In this document: piece by piece, positions 49,401-61,299 of the stretch
Layout: every line of letters starts with the position of its first letter
How positions within the stretch are numbered: the stretch's first letter is position 1
Assembly (NCBI GenBank): GCA_000708835.1
Contig: DF237189.1
Coordinates: 1 to 64,000, forward strand
Reading direction: 5' to 3'
DNA from: Klebsormidium nitens
Taxonomy: Eukaryota; Plantae; Klebsormidiophyceae
Length of the DNA: 64,000 bases
Notes under the pieces: model-generated
The model's database searches: none
What the model saw: only the letters and a program-made list of their open reading frames with translations
What the model was told of the DNA's origin: nothing
Position numbers and translations under genes: made by a program

Positions 49401-51960
49401 TATGTATCATTGATAGAGTCTTCAGACTTGTAAATGGAGTCCGTTTCAGGAGTGATTTCGCATGTGGCCTTCTTTTCTGATCTGACCCTTTCCTCAATTC
49501 CATTGTTCCATGTCAAATCAATCAAAGTCACTCAAAACAACTTGCAATCTCAAAAGTGCCCGTTTTCTATCAAAGTAGACGTTCCGATTCATCTGGCCGT
49601 ATGTGCGCTTAGAACACAGTTGGTTGAAAGCTTATACCAGACGGAAACCAGGTCTGTGCAGAAAGTGATTCTGCTCGGAACGACTCTTTTCATCTCTGAA
49701 GCTGGCAATCCATTCTCCGCAGATGCTGAACAACAAGGACCTGCGGGAGCCCGATCTAGTTGCCGCGCCCAAGCTGTTCGAGAGCGTGTTGCAAAACTGC
49801 CGGGGCCGCGTCGACGCCTGGGTCGAACAGTACGTAAAGCTTGCGCTCACGCGATACAAGACAGCGACCAACAACTATCTGAAAACGTTGCTGATCAGCG
49901 TGGCGGCCAATGCGCTGTACTACAACCCGGTGCTGTGTTTGCAAGCGCTCGAGCGGCTGGGCGCGACGGGGGAGTTCTTTAGAACCTGGTTCGCGATGCT
50001 GTACGAGGCGGGCAAGAAGAAGGACTCATTTCTGCACTTTAGGAGGTGAGGCCACGCACTTTTCCTTTCTTTCCCTTTTGGGGATGCACGTGGGAAACAG
50101 TGTTGTCTCTCCAACTGCCAAATAAAAAAATCCGGAACAGTTCAAGCCGTACATTTAGGGAGTTGCCACCCTAATAGATTCATTAGATTCGATTGAAGAT
50201 GTTCTGCGTGAATGTTCGTATTGTGCGCTTAGATCCTCGGGTGTGACGCCCTGTAGAAAGTGGTCTTCGATTTTGCATCCGAGGGTCTCCTTTTGCTCCT
50301 TTAGTATCCTTTTTTGAGTAGGTGTCGTGCTAGGTTGAAGCTCGATAATCCGGCCTGGACTTGGCAAAGACGAGCTATCAGAACAACAGACACAAGAAGT
50401 CGCTGTTTGCGAACAAGTCTCTATTTGCTAACCAGCCAGTCTTGCCCTTGCAGGGAGCACGACAAAAAGGTAGCGGCCTTAGGCCTGACCTCCCTGCTGC
50501 TAGTGCCGGAGAACCTGTTGCCAGCGGACCTCCAACCCGGCATGGGCCAGGTCGTCAAAGGCCTGCTGCGAGTACTCGCAGCGTACAAGGAGCAACGAGA
50601 CGGTGAGGCTGCAGGGTGACGCTGTTAGGGTTTAGGATTGTAGCTTTAGAGGCTAGGTTTCGTTCATATTGTAATGCTTTGTGGGTTTGGTGATGTCAAA
50701 ACCTAGTGGTGTTGACCTCTGGATTTTCGAAAGTTCGGGCAACGAGTTTATGATGGTCAAAGCGTTCCGGGTGAAAGTGATACCGTGGACGAGGTGGGCA
50801 CCGGGCTGAAAGGATTGTATGCGACAGTTTTCGAAGCGCCCCCAAGAAGCAACTACAGGACTGTGAAAAGGGCCAGCGCACCAAGTTCGTGGGAGCGGTT
50901 CATGCCTCGACCCCGCGCAAAGAGATTGAGTGGCCCCTCGAACCCGGCGGACCTTTTTTTTTGGTGCCATGCCCAGACTCCTGCTCAAGCTGACTCGAAT
51001 CACTCGTTATGATGCAGAGAACATCAAGGCTGCGGAAGAGGCTGAGGATGACGTGGACGATGACGACAGCGAGGGCTTCGAGGCGGAGGAACTAGGGGAG
51101 GGAGGCGAGGACGGCGCGGAAATTGCGCCTGTCTCGTTGTCTGACATGCCATCCCGGGTGAGCGCAAGAATCTGCCCCTGACTGGACCGCTTATTACTCA
51201 AACCTGTTTTAGCAGTAGTCTGGTTTGATTTCTTGAGTATTGACCAGCATTAATTTATTTTCACCCTTTCACCTGCTTCTGAGAAGCCGCTAGTTGGTTG
51301 TCAACCAATCCTTGACCGAGTTCTTAACCGACTTCTGACCTCTCGCAGCAACGAAAGTTCTTCCGCGATTCGGACGATGAGGAGGATTCGGACGACGACG
51401 ATTGGCTGGACGAGGACGAGGAGTACGTGTCGCCCATCGACGACGTCGATGCGTTCATCTTCTTTGCGGACGCCATGAAAAGTAAGTTTAAGGGCAGATT
51501 GGAACGGCCTTTTGGTCAAACTTTAGGGCCCATTCTTGTGGCACTGTTGCCTTGACAAGAGATTGCAACAGTATCTGGTGACCATTGTAATTTTGCGGAA
51601 CTGATTGGAGGGAAACAGCTGATAGTGGCTTTTCTGAATCGTGAGGGGATGCGGAGATCAGGCATCAAGGGCGCAAGACAAAGTTTCCGGGCTACCTTCG
51701 TCAATCTATAAAAGGGGGCTTGCGCTGTATCCGCTTCAAAGCTTGCTGACTCATGTCTTCTTCTCCCGTCTTCAGATCTGTCCTCGAGCAATCCCCAACG
51801 ATTCCAGCAGCTCACGGGTGCCCTAGACTTTACGGACCAAGCCAAAGCCCACGGCCTGGCACAATACGCGGACGTCCGGCGGCAAGAGTTTGCGAAAGAG
51901 CAGGAAGAGAAAGCGAAGGACGAGGAAGAGCGACGGCAAAAAGCACAAGCGGCCCGATAG
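40446..51960 (+). CDS. SAD2: Importin beta-like SAD2 (importin-7/8 family), 18 exons
   Basis: Exons 40446-40535, 41096-41228, 41486-41573, 42392-42556, 43111-43273, 44072-44256, 44917-45236, 45656-45779, 46185-46365, 47081-47240, 47693-47853, 48336-48531, 49039-49271, 49723-50045, 50454-50602, 51018-51157, 51349-51481, 51776-51960. Motifs: [10 protein letters not shown] (IBN_N), [56 protein letters not shown] and an acidic C-terminus SPIDDVDAF. Confidence 0.94.
43779..43823. repeat. Perfect 21-bp tandem duplication in importin intron 5
   Basis: GCATTCGAGTGAGCACGACAT x2 + GCA. Confidence 0.9.
46913..47003 (+). repeat. Duplicated branch point/acceptor plus first ~18 codons of importin exon 10
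   Basis: CGCTGACGTCACC..cag|GCGGCGTGGGTTGCGGGCCAGTATGCGGAC at 46913-47003 repeats 47048-47134. Spacing is 131 nt (out of frame). Confidence 0.9.
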
Positions 51961-52627
51961 TAGCTCGCGTGCCTCTTCTAGGTTAAGCATTAATGGGGGG
52001 ATACTAGGTTCATATTGTTTCTTCAGGCGTCAGTCATCGGGAGCCCCGATTATAGAGCTCGCTGGTCGAGTCCGATTCTTAACCAATACGAGGTGAGGGA
52101 CAGACATTGCGGTCAGAGTTATAAGCCTGATTAGCCATGTTGAGATCATTGGCAGACATTGCCGCTCCTTCGGAGGGATACGTATCAAAGGTCGTTGATT
52201 TTAGGTCGTATATCATGTGTCAGCTCTGATCAGATCCTGCAGAGATTGGGTTCGTTCTCACACTACAATAGTGACTACTGATTGCAATGTCGTTGCATAC
52301 TAATCTCAGTTAGTCACGTTTCTACCGGTCGTGTTCGTCAAAGTATGATAGTGGCATGCTAGCCCACAGTATGTGTGCCAAACGCCTGCATGGTTGCGGC
52401 CCGCATGGACCACAATGAAGACCATGCTAATAACAACATCTAGGCATCCGAACGGTCAGTGTAAGTCGTCGCAATGTCGTGCGCATTCGATCATGCATGC
52501 AATAGCTCATGCATGCCAGAAGCTAGTGCACACATCATGAGCTGAGCGCGCGTGCACCTGGCTCCACAAGCTACCTAGGGTGGGTACCGGCCGAGTCGAT
52601 TTCGACTCGGTTTGCGACAATATTGTA

Positions 52628-52949
52628 CCGTACTACCAAGGTATGATTTCGAATAAATAAATAATTATTTGCATTCGGAAAGTTGGAAACTCCAAATAAG
52701 CATTCGGAATTCGCTTTTTCGGAAATGGAAATTAATTGTTAAATCTCGTTCGGAAAGTGATTTTGAAGCCCGTATGAGCTTCAGGTACGTACCGGTACCC
52801 TTTAAGACCCACTATATAAGGGTACCTGGGTACCTTTCGTCTCATTCGGATTCAGGGTCGGATTCCGGAAAATAATACAACATTTGGACTCGCATTCTGT
52901 AGAATAATTGCATTTTTCAAGCATTCGGAATCATACCTTGGCAGTACGG
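52628..52949. mobile_element. Tc1/mariner (pogo-like) MITE, 322 bp, TA TSD
   Basis: TA|CCGTACTACCAAGGTATGATTTCGAAT ... ATTCGGAATCATACCTTGGCAGTACGG|TA, 27-bp TIRs with 2 mismatches. Confidence 0.8.
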
Positions 52950-53196
52950 TAATGCCGAGTATCGTATAATGTCAGTGATACCGGCGGTTCGCGTCACGGC
53001 GACTCGGACTTCCGCTACACGTACGGTTCGAGTACTCTCAAAATTTTGCTCGGCCGTACGCCGGTGTCACGCGATCGTGAGGTAGTGTTATAATATACAC
53101 TGTGAAAGAAGCATCAAAATAGGGCTCAAAGGAGAGGCTTATTCATCATGTAGAAACGTCTGACAAGCAAAAACAAATGTTGGGAAGGTGTCATTA

Positions 53197-53729
53197 GGTA
53201 GACCCCACAACCTTCAAAATTGACCCGGGCAGAGCCGCGCAAATACACTCAGTGAAATTTTGTCGCACCGTAGACTGGCGACACTTGGCAGATCCGGCAG
53301 ATTGTCTTCGAATCCAGTCTGCGTTTCAGACCTGTAAGAAATGCCCTGGTCCCCCGGGTAGGCCAGTCAGACCATAGCAGGCCTGTTTTTGGCCGCAAGT
53401 CCGCCCGGTAAGGTTCACATTCTAAGGCTTCTACTGGGGACTTCTGAAGCCTAGAGGAGTGCTCGGTCGACCCCCAGGTCCAATGCACCCACCGGGCGGA
53501 CTTGCCGCCAAACATAGGCCTGCTATGGTCTGACCCGCTCGACCGGGGGACAAGGCATTTCTTACAGGTCTGAAACGCAGACTGGATTCGAAGACAATCT
53601 GCCGGATCTGCCAAGTGTCGCCAGTCTACGGTGCGGCAAACTTTTACTGAGTGAAATTTCACGCGACCGCGGCGACCGCGGCGATCGCGCCCGGGTAAAT
53701 TTGAAGGTTGTGGGTTCGTAGGGTCTACC
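53197..53729. mobile_element. Mutator-like foldback MITE, 533 bp, 9-bp TSD
   Basis: TSD GTGTCATTA at 53188-53196 and 53730-53738. Termini GGTAGACCC/GGGTCTACC. Arms 53197-53409 and 53491-53729 are inverted, with an 82-bp perfect core. Confidence 0.92.
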
Positions 53730-54840
53730 GTGTCATTAGGGGTCCTTTGAAGCTCCAAGTCCATGTTATGTTGGGGACAAATCGCAAAAAAATGCTTAGG
53801 AGGCGCAAAGTTGGCCGCCATTGTTGGTGCTGAAAGAGCGCCTTCTCTTACACTAGTCTTTCAGCTTCGTGCACTCTACTTTCATTCTAGGTACCGCGGT
53901 ACTCCTATTTGGTTCGAGTCGAAAGTGCCGACAAAGACCATAAATTTGAAATTTTACGGACCCGCAGACTCGGGCCTCGGGCGACGGTACCGTACCGCCG
54001 AAGAGTACGGAGTTCGAGTTGTCAGAAATTTTGCAATTCATGAACTCGGACCTGATTCTTAAGTACCGCCGTGTACGGTCGTCAGAAATGCGTACATAAT
54101 TAAATGATAAGTTGGAGTTCGCGTGACACCGGTGACACATTTTCGTGACCGGTTCGTCGCGCGGTCGATACCGCCCATACCCACCGTAGGTTGCTTGTGT
54201 CACATGCAGGCACACTGACACTAGCTGATGTACAGTAGATATTTTGAATGCGCGAATTAGTACCACATTGACATGCAGCAACCATGGTCACTGAAGTTTG
54301 ATAGGTAGAAAGCAAAGCCTTGAAGGGCGCGGCTGACACCATCCATGGGATGTGCCAGTACGTAGAAACATACATGCACGCAGCAGGTACCGTCGAAAGT
54401 ATACAATATAGACAATTCAGCAATCGAACTAATTGTAGTTGTGATGCACATGCAACAAACTAGGTATATGATTTGTAGAAACAGCTCATCTACGTGCCAG
54501 AAGTAGGGCCTGAAGCATCAAGCCAACTGCCAATGATATTTCAGTATGTCTCATCGGGCAAGCTTGAAAGCTCTTGCCGAGGTGGTGGGTCTGTCAAAAC
54601 AACACTACTGAGATATTCAAGCACAAAGCTCGCCTTCACCCCACCACAGCGGTGGGCTGAAGGCCAAGAATCCCCTACCATCTACCGAGTGTCGATCAAT
54701 CAAGGTCATTGCGGACCAACTGCTCTTTTAAGCCCAATCTGTTGGACCTCTAAAAAATGCTGTACAACCCTACCGCCCACGAAACACACGCGACCAACAA
54801 GAACCATACGGAAAGCAAACTTTTCTAAGAGGCCATCACA

Positions 54841-57800
54841 CTACCGCTCCCGTTGTATAGACTTCAGAATGCTGACCCCCAGGTCGGGAGTCTCGGACGC
54901 CGCCCTCGGGACGACCTTGATCGGGGCCGCTGCCCCCCTCTTCTTCTCCGCATCGGACTTCACCGGAAACAGCTGCAGTTCGTTGACCTCCTTGCCGCCA
55001 TCCCCCGCACCCCCCTGATCCGAAAAATCGGGGCTCGAGTAAAACTGCGAACCAGGCAGCCTGCCCGCTCGGAGCGCATCTTCATCCGAGTCGTTCCCCC
55101 CGCCCTTTATCCGGTGCGACTGGCTGAAGAACGACCCCGCGTGCGTCATCTCGCTGCGGCCCCCGTGTTGAAAACTATCCTCCGCTGTCCCCCGTGAGTC
55201 CTGCCTCTGCGGCCAACCGGACCACCGCGGGTGCGCATCCACCTCCTTGCGCTTCCCAAGCATTCCGTCCCCTCCCCCCGCTGAGAACGTCTGCTCGCTC
55301 CAGTCTCCCTGCCGGGACTCCCCATGCGCGTCTGAGCTCTGAGACGCGAAGTTTAAACGGGTACTCGCAGCCCCCCCCTGCGGCATTCCCCCCGCCCACG
55401 AGTGAGAGAGCCCGCTGAAGCTCTGCGTGGGGCCGTCCCGACCAGCGGAGCTCCTCGGACGGAACTGGTCGTATGCAAACGCGTCGCCCGCCCCGCTGGA
55501 ATACTCCTCGGGCCCCCTGAAATTGGCCCACGAGCTCTGGACTGGCATGGCGGACTGGGAGGAGTGGCTGGGAGTAGGGCCCATCGGGTTAGCCCCTCCT
55601 GGGAACCCGCTCTGAGGGTTAGTGAAACCTGCCGGGTGGTTTGCATTATTTGGGAGGTTCCAGGGGGCCACGCCGCCACCCGCCATGGTGGCGAGCCAGG
55701 CTGCAGTGACCGGGTCAGGGTTCTGCATCCAGGGGTTAAGGGCCGGGTTAAGGCCTGCCGCCCCCTGGAGCTCGCTATACTTCGGGTACATGGGCATATA
55801 CCCGCCTGCTGCTGACCCGTATGGACCCCCCCCAGCTGGCGCTGACATTGCCTCCCCCCCGAAAAAGGAGGCCGAAGCTGAGTCGTAGGATGGGTAGCCC
55901 GCCATCATGCTCTGCGCCTGACGCATGTACATGGCAGGGTTGAGGTAAGGGTTGGAGAATGCCGTCATTTGCGGGTAGTAGGCCCCATACGCCCCCGCCA
56001 GAGCGTTCTGCAGCCAGGGGTTTGGCATGGCCGGAGCTGTGTTCCCCTGCAGATGGGGCCTCATCGCCTCGAGCGTCGCCGACAGCCGGGTCGCCTCTTC
56101 CAACACCACCTGCGCCCCCGAGTCTTCGGCAGAGACCGCCTGCCCCCCCGACTTCTCGCTCTCCGCTCGGTGCGCCATCAACTTGGAACACGACTCCCCC
56201 ACTCGCTGCGCAACTAGAGCGAGCGCCTCCGCAGCTTGGACGTTCACCGGCGCCACTGTCGCCGAGCTGACTTCCTGGAACGACCGTCTTGCCGCCTCCT
56301 GCGCAGCCATAACGGCCTCCCGCGGGCCGTACTGCGTGCTGATCTGCGCCACTTTGGAAGCAACGTAGCGCGTGCTGCTCGGGTTGCCAAACTCGGAAGT
56401 CTTGGCCGCCTTGAAGGCGTCCGCGTGGCTGACGGACCCACTGTTTTGGGGAATGGAGAAGGGGTTACGCCGTACGTCGCTGACGGCGCTACGCTCGGGA
56501 GTGACAGCTGTTGAGGGTTCTGGCCAGCGAGAGTCACGAGGGTGGAGGCGCTTTGTGGAAGTGAGGGGCGGGGGTTGCTCGGTGGTGAAGTCCGGGTTCT
56601 CCGCAAACATCTTCTGGACCTGGCATCAGAAGGAAGATGAGAGTGTTCAGACTTGGAAGGGAAAGAGGAGAATTGCTTGACAATGTCTATGATCACGAGT
56701 CAGACCAGAGCTTAACCGCGAATGGGAATCATAAAATGCTGAAAACCACTCTGAATCTGGCACAAGTAAACTCAACAGTCTTAGCATGAAGGAAAGGAAA
56801 GAGAGAGTAAGCGGAGCAGAGAGATATTGCACTCATGCAAAACTCCCATCAACTCAAGACAAGTAAACAGAAAAGTTCATAGCGTGCGTCCTCTGGCTGA
56901 AGGGAAGCAGCAACAGTTAAGCAGTAGAGGATGCCAAAGCACAGAGACTAAGCATTCAAGTTTCTCACGCAGGCTGCAGGACAGATTCCATCCAGACACA
57001 AGGATTGGACTGGACTCTGATTAAGGGACACTCAATTGAACCACTTCTAGAATGTCCTTGAGGTTAGGCCATACCAGAAAGGACTCAACCTATGACAGCT
57101 GCTAGCAGTGCATGCAAAAGAACTTGAGCTACAAAAGTTCAGAGAAACTCGAACGAAGCTTGCAAATTTCTTGCATGCAGTATCCATACCAAGCTCTGCT
57201 GAAAGAGAATGTGTGACAAACATGGGAAGCTCAAAAAGCAGTCAAGCAGCCTGCCAGAAACAGGGCAACTTAGCACGCCCAAAGCAAGCCATTTGCTCAA
57301 AACAGGCTGCCAACCCCCATATTATAGCGATTCAGAATCTGGGTTGCTCTGGCCATTATACCAACTCAGCAAGTACCTCATCCAGCAGATTCTGCTGAAG
57401 GAGTGAGCTCAGCAAAAAGAAGAATGCATCCCAATGGAACACACAAGCCTTACTGCTCCAGCACAGCCAACTTCAAAACCCACAAGCCCCATCAAACCTC
57501 ACGTGTGCGGAGCAAAAGCAGAACCGAGGAGCCTGCCGGCCTAATCCATGCTATCTCTATGAAGGTCTGAGCAGCCCATAGCCTCATAATTAACAGCAAG
57601 CCCGTAAAATGCATCCATCAGGAGACTTTTGCTCAGGAAACAGATAGAAGAAGACACAGTCCAAACAGAATGAAAGCATGTGCTTAGCAAGACAAAATGA
57701 GGGTAAATGCAGGACAGGCTCCAAGGAGAGCATTAGCAACACAACCTGACAGTGGTTAGTCAAGAAACCAAGCTGGCTCTGCTCACCTTGACCAGGCGGT

Positions 57801-60681
57801 GCATCTCAAAGAGCTGCGCAGAGAACTTCTTCTGCTGCTGCTGCATCGCCTTCCGCGACTTCCAGAACCCGTGCTGCCCAATCACCGACACGACGTCCTT
57901 AGGCAGGATGCCTGCCGCCGCCGCTGCTGAATCTGCCCCGTTGCTCTCAACGTCACACACACTCGGGGGGTCCTGCTCAGACAGCGCCCNNNNNNNNNNN
58001 NNNNNNNNNNNNNNNNNNNNNNNNNNNNNNNNNNNNNNNNNNNNNNNNNNNNNNNNNNNNNNNNNNNNNNNNNNNNNNNNNNNNNNNNNNNNNNNNNNNN
58101 NNNNNNNNNNNNNNNNNNNNNNNNNNNNNNNNNNNNNNNNNNNNNNNNNNNNNNNNNNNNNNNNNNNNNNNNNNNNNNNNNNNNNNNNNNNNNNNNNNNN
58201 NNNNNNNNNNNNNNNNNNNNNNNNNNNNNNNNNNNNNNNNNNNNNNNNNNNNNNNNNNNNNNNNNNNNNNNNNNNNNNNNNNNNNNNNNNNNNNNNNNNN
58301 NNNNNNNNNNNNNNNNNNNNNNNNNNNNNNNNNNNNNNNNNNNNNNNNNNNNNNNNNNNNNNNNNNGGTCCTGCTCAGACAGCGCCCCATCCCCTGCCCC
58401 CCCGCTGCGGTCCCCGCTGCTAGACCCGCTCGGGCTAGGACCCGCCTTCGCCGCTACCGCTGCAGCAGCTTCCTGCGTGGCCCTGTTGGCCTGTGCGCTC
58501 GCTCTCTTCCTGCCCTTTGCGTGCCCCTGCCCCGGCCCCTCTGTTCCTTCCGCACGTTTCCCCACCTGGAACCCAGCCCTCTGGCTTGCTCCTGCATCCT
58601 TAAACCCTGCCGCTCCACCACCCTCGCTGCCTTCAATAACCTCTGGGGAGCTGTCCCCGTTGCCCTTCAGGGACACAGGCTGGACACACGACTGAAAATG
58701 CCTGACAAAGCCATACGTCCCCTCGCTGCGCGGCTTGGGAGGCCGCTGCTTGGCAGCCCCCCCCCCTGAGGACATGTTCACGCTAGGGGCTGCCCTTGCA
58801 ACCGCAGGCTCTGACAACCCTGACGCAACCTCCTGTGTAATTGACCCCTCAGGCTCCCCTGCCACAGCCCCATCCAGTTCCGCCTGTGTACTCAGCTCAG
58901 GAACCTCGATGTTTAGGGTTGGCTTCCCAGGAGGCCGCTTGGGCAACCCCTCGCTGCCCCCTGCATCCAGGACTGGCACAAGCCCCTGTTTCTCCCCCTC
59001 AGAATGACTCCCCATGGCCGCCTTTATCTGCGCAGCTACCTCCTGCTGTGCAGCCACTGCGCCTGCCCTCCTCTCCGCTGCGAACAGGACCTCCTCCGCA
59101 ACCCCCTTGCAGTCTAGCTGCGCCTGATGCTGGCTCGCCTCGGTCTGCTGCGCCGCCACCTCTAGTTGCCGCCCGCTCGCTTCTGCTGCCATCCTCCAGT
59201 CCTCTGCAGCCTGCTTCTGCAGCGCCAGACGCTGGGCACGCAACCCCTCCTCCCCAGCAGCCCCTTTCCACACAGCTTCAGGCATTTTCCGGTCCTGCTC
59301 TGTCGGTGCATATGCAGACTCTGCTGGTTTGGGGCCTGAGTAAGCAGGGGCCCTAAGAGAAACAGGCCCCACGCGCCGCTGCCTGGACTGCTCCTCAAAC
59401 TCTGACAGGCCTTCCTGCGGCCTCTGCGCCCGAAACGAGGCCTGCTGCTGCTGCCAGGACCACCAGGCCCACCGCCCCGAGGCATCGTGAGCAGCAGATG
59501 TGCCAGGGTTTGCCCTCGCCTGTGGGATAGGCACCAGATGTGCCTGGGTCTGGAAGCTAGGAACAATGCACCCTTCCTCCTCGCCCTGCCGGGGCCTGCT
59601 CGGCCCCTCACTCTGCTGCCTTCCTAAGGGGGGCCCTGGTACTATCTGGGACAAATGAGAGGCAGCAGGGAGTGCTTGTGCCTCACTTGGATCCCATTCT
59701 GAGGCACTGCCAACGCTGCTAGCTCCAGAAGGAAGCCTCAAGCTCAAGGCCGTTCCCTGGCTGCCTGTCATGCTACGGCTCTGGAAGGTGTTCTGAGGAT
59801 AATAGCTAGGAGCCGAGGAGAAGGATGTCTGTGGCAGGTGCGGGGGATGCGGCATGGAGTGCTGCGGATAGTCGTAGCGGCTTCCATACGATGACTGCAG
59901 ACACCAAAAATAGACCAATTGAAAGTCTGGCCAGCATCCCTGACTTGCAAGACTGATTTTGACCAACCCTTACGGTGCTCGACCAACATATGCCAAGTAT
60001 GAGCAGCAGCGATTGCTGCATCCACCTACAACCATCGACCTGAAGATACTCTTCGCAGAAGCTAAGAGAGCGTCAAATGACAGCAGGCTCTACATTTGCT
60101 GCTCATTCAGACAACTACCGTTTGCAGGACATCATCCTTCCAGTTACGGGAAGGCTTTACAAACCTTCATTGCAAATCTACCGGAATCTAACCAACCCAA
60201 CCTCCACCAGTATACTAGATGCAGAAAGGGAGGAATAATCTGCTAGTCACACACTCGTCTGCCCAGACAAGGACTCCTCAACAGAGAATCTAGAGCAGCA
60301 TCAACATGCTGAAACTGCTTGTCAACTTTTGGGGACCCTTTCAACCTTGAATGCAAGACAGGAGAGATTAGCCAGTCAAACCTCCTGTTTATCACTCACC
60401 ATGGATGGAAGGTTTCCATCTGGTTGTGTTCTTGCTTTTGGGGCCTGCATCCCGCTGCCCCCTGGTCCCTCATCTTGCGAGGTAGGAGCTGACGCTCCTG
60501 ATGCTCCTGCAGCTTTTGGATGCGAGGCCTGCAGCGTGACTTGCTCATACAAAGCCATCTTGTTCCTTGGAGGGGGCCTTGGACCATTATCCCTCTTTGC
60601 ATGAGACACATGCAACCTTGGAAAGAGGGCTGCCGCCTCCACTGGCCCCCGCTTCCCTGCGGACTCTCCTTGCTTTGCCAT
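54841..60681 (-). CDS. ELF3: EARLY FLOWERING 3 (circadian evening-complex scaffold)
   Basis: Exons 60681-60382, 59894-57787 (across the N-gap) and 56619-54841. ELF3 blocks: [22 protein letters not shown] (N-terminal), [37 protein letters not shown]|VQK (middle) and [15 protein letters not shown] (C-terminal). Confidence 0.93.
57990..58366. other. Assembly gap (377 N) with overlapping flanks
   Basis: GGTCCTGCTCAGACAGCGCCC is present at both 57969-57989 and 58367-58387. Confidence 0.95.
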
Positions 60682-61299
60682 CCGATTCAAGAATAAGACC
60701 TGCTTTCTAAGTCATCTCAGCTCTGTGTCTGAAGAGGCGGCCTTCCCCTCGTCGTGCGCGAAATATACTTCTTCCTTTGCTGAGTTCCAGCTTATCGCAA
60801 CTCGTTCAACAACCTGCGAAATCGTGCTCTACAAACGACTCTCAATCCTTCCTTCAGATCCTTCGTTAAACGCTTGTCCAATGCTTGATGCCCTCAGCCT
60901 CTCACGAAATCAAGCCTTCTTGCTGCCTTGCACGACGTTCAACTCTCCGGGTTCCTCTGGACATGCACCCTGGCTTCACCAAAAGGGCCATCAATGCCCA
61001 TCATGAATCTTTGAAAGGTGGCTTGCGAGAAGATCTTTCTGCTTTCGCACTGACGTCACGTTTGAAAAGTGCTCCCTTTTTGCAGATCTTTCCTTTATCA
61101 GTTTGCTGGCCGTAGATGCTTACGATCTTTTCTGAGTGGACGACGAGTACCGTCGATTGCTGTCGGAAAAGCACTTCGTCAGAGCTGCCAAAAGCGTAAA
61201 TGTTTTCCAGTCAAACAAGCTCTGTATCCGACGCCTGTGATTAGATGTCTGCATCGGACGGACTGGATTGATTTTAAGTCGTCGATCCGGCGCCCGCAG

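Larger units (their letters stand above)
52565..54199. mobile_element. Putative non-autonomous CMC/EnSpm-like element (CAC..GTG termini) hosting two MITEs
   Basis: 22-bp TIR CACAAGCTACCTAGGGTGGGTA vs reverse complement of 54178-54199 (20/22). 2-bp TC direct repeat on both sides. Internal inverted 13-mer CCGGTGTCACGCG/CGCGTGACACCGG. Confidence 0.55.

Noticed and set aside
50624-50637. Telomere-like TTAGGGTTTAGG
   Set aside because: Fewer than two full units, intronic; not an array.
53249-53821. 190-aa ORF
   Set aside because: Lies across the foldback MITE; an artefact of the inverted repeat with no protein-like motifs.
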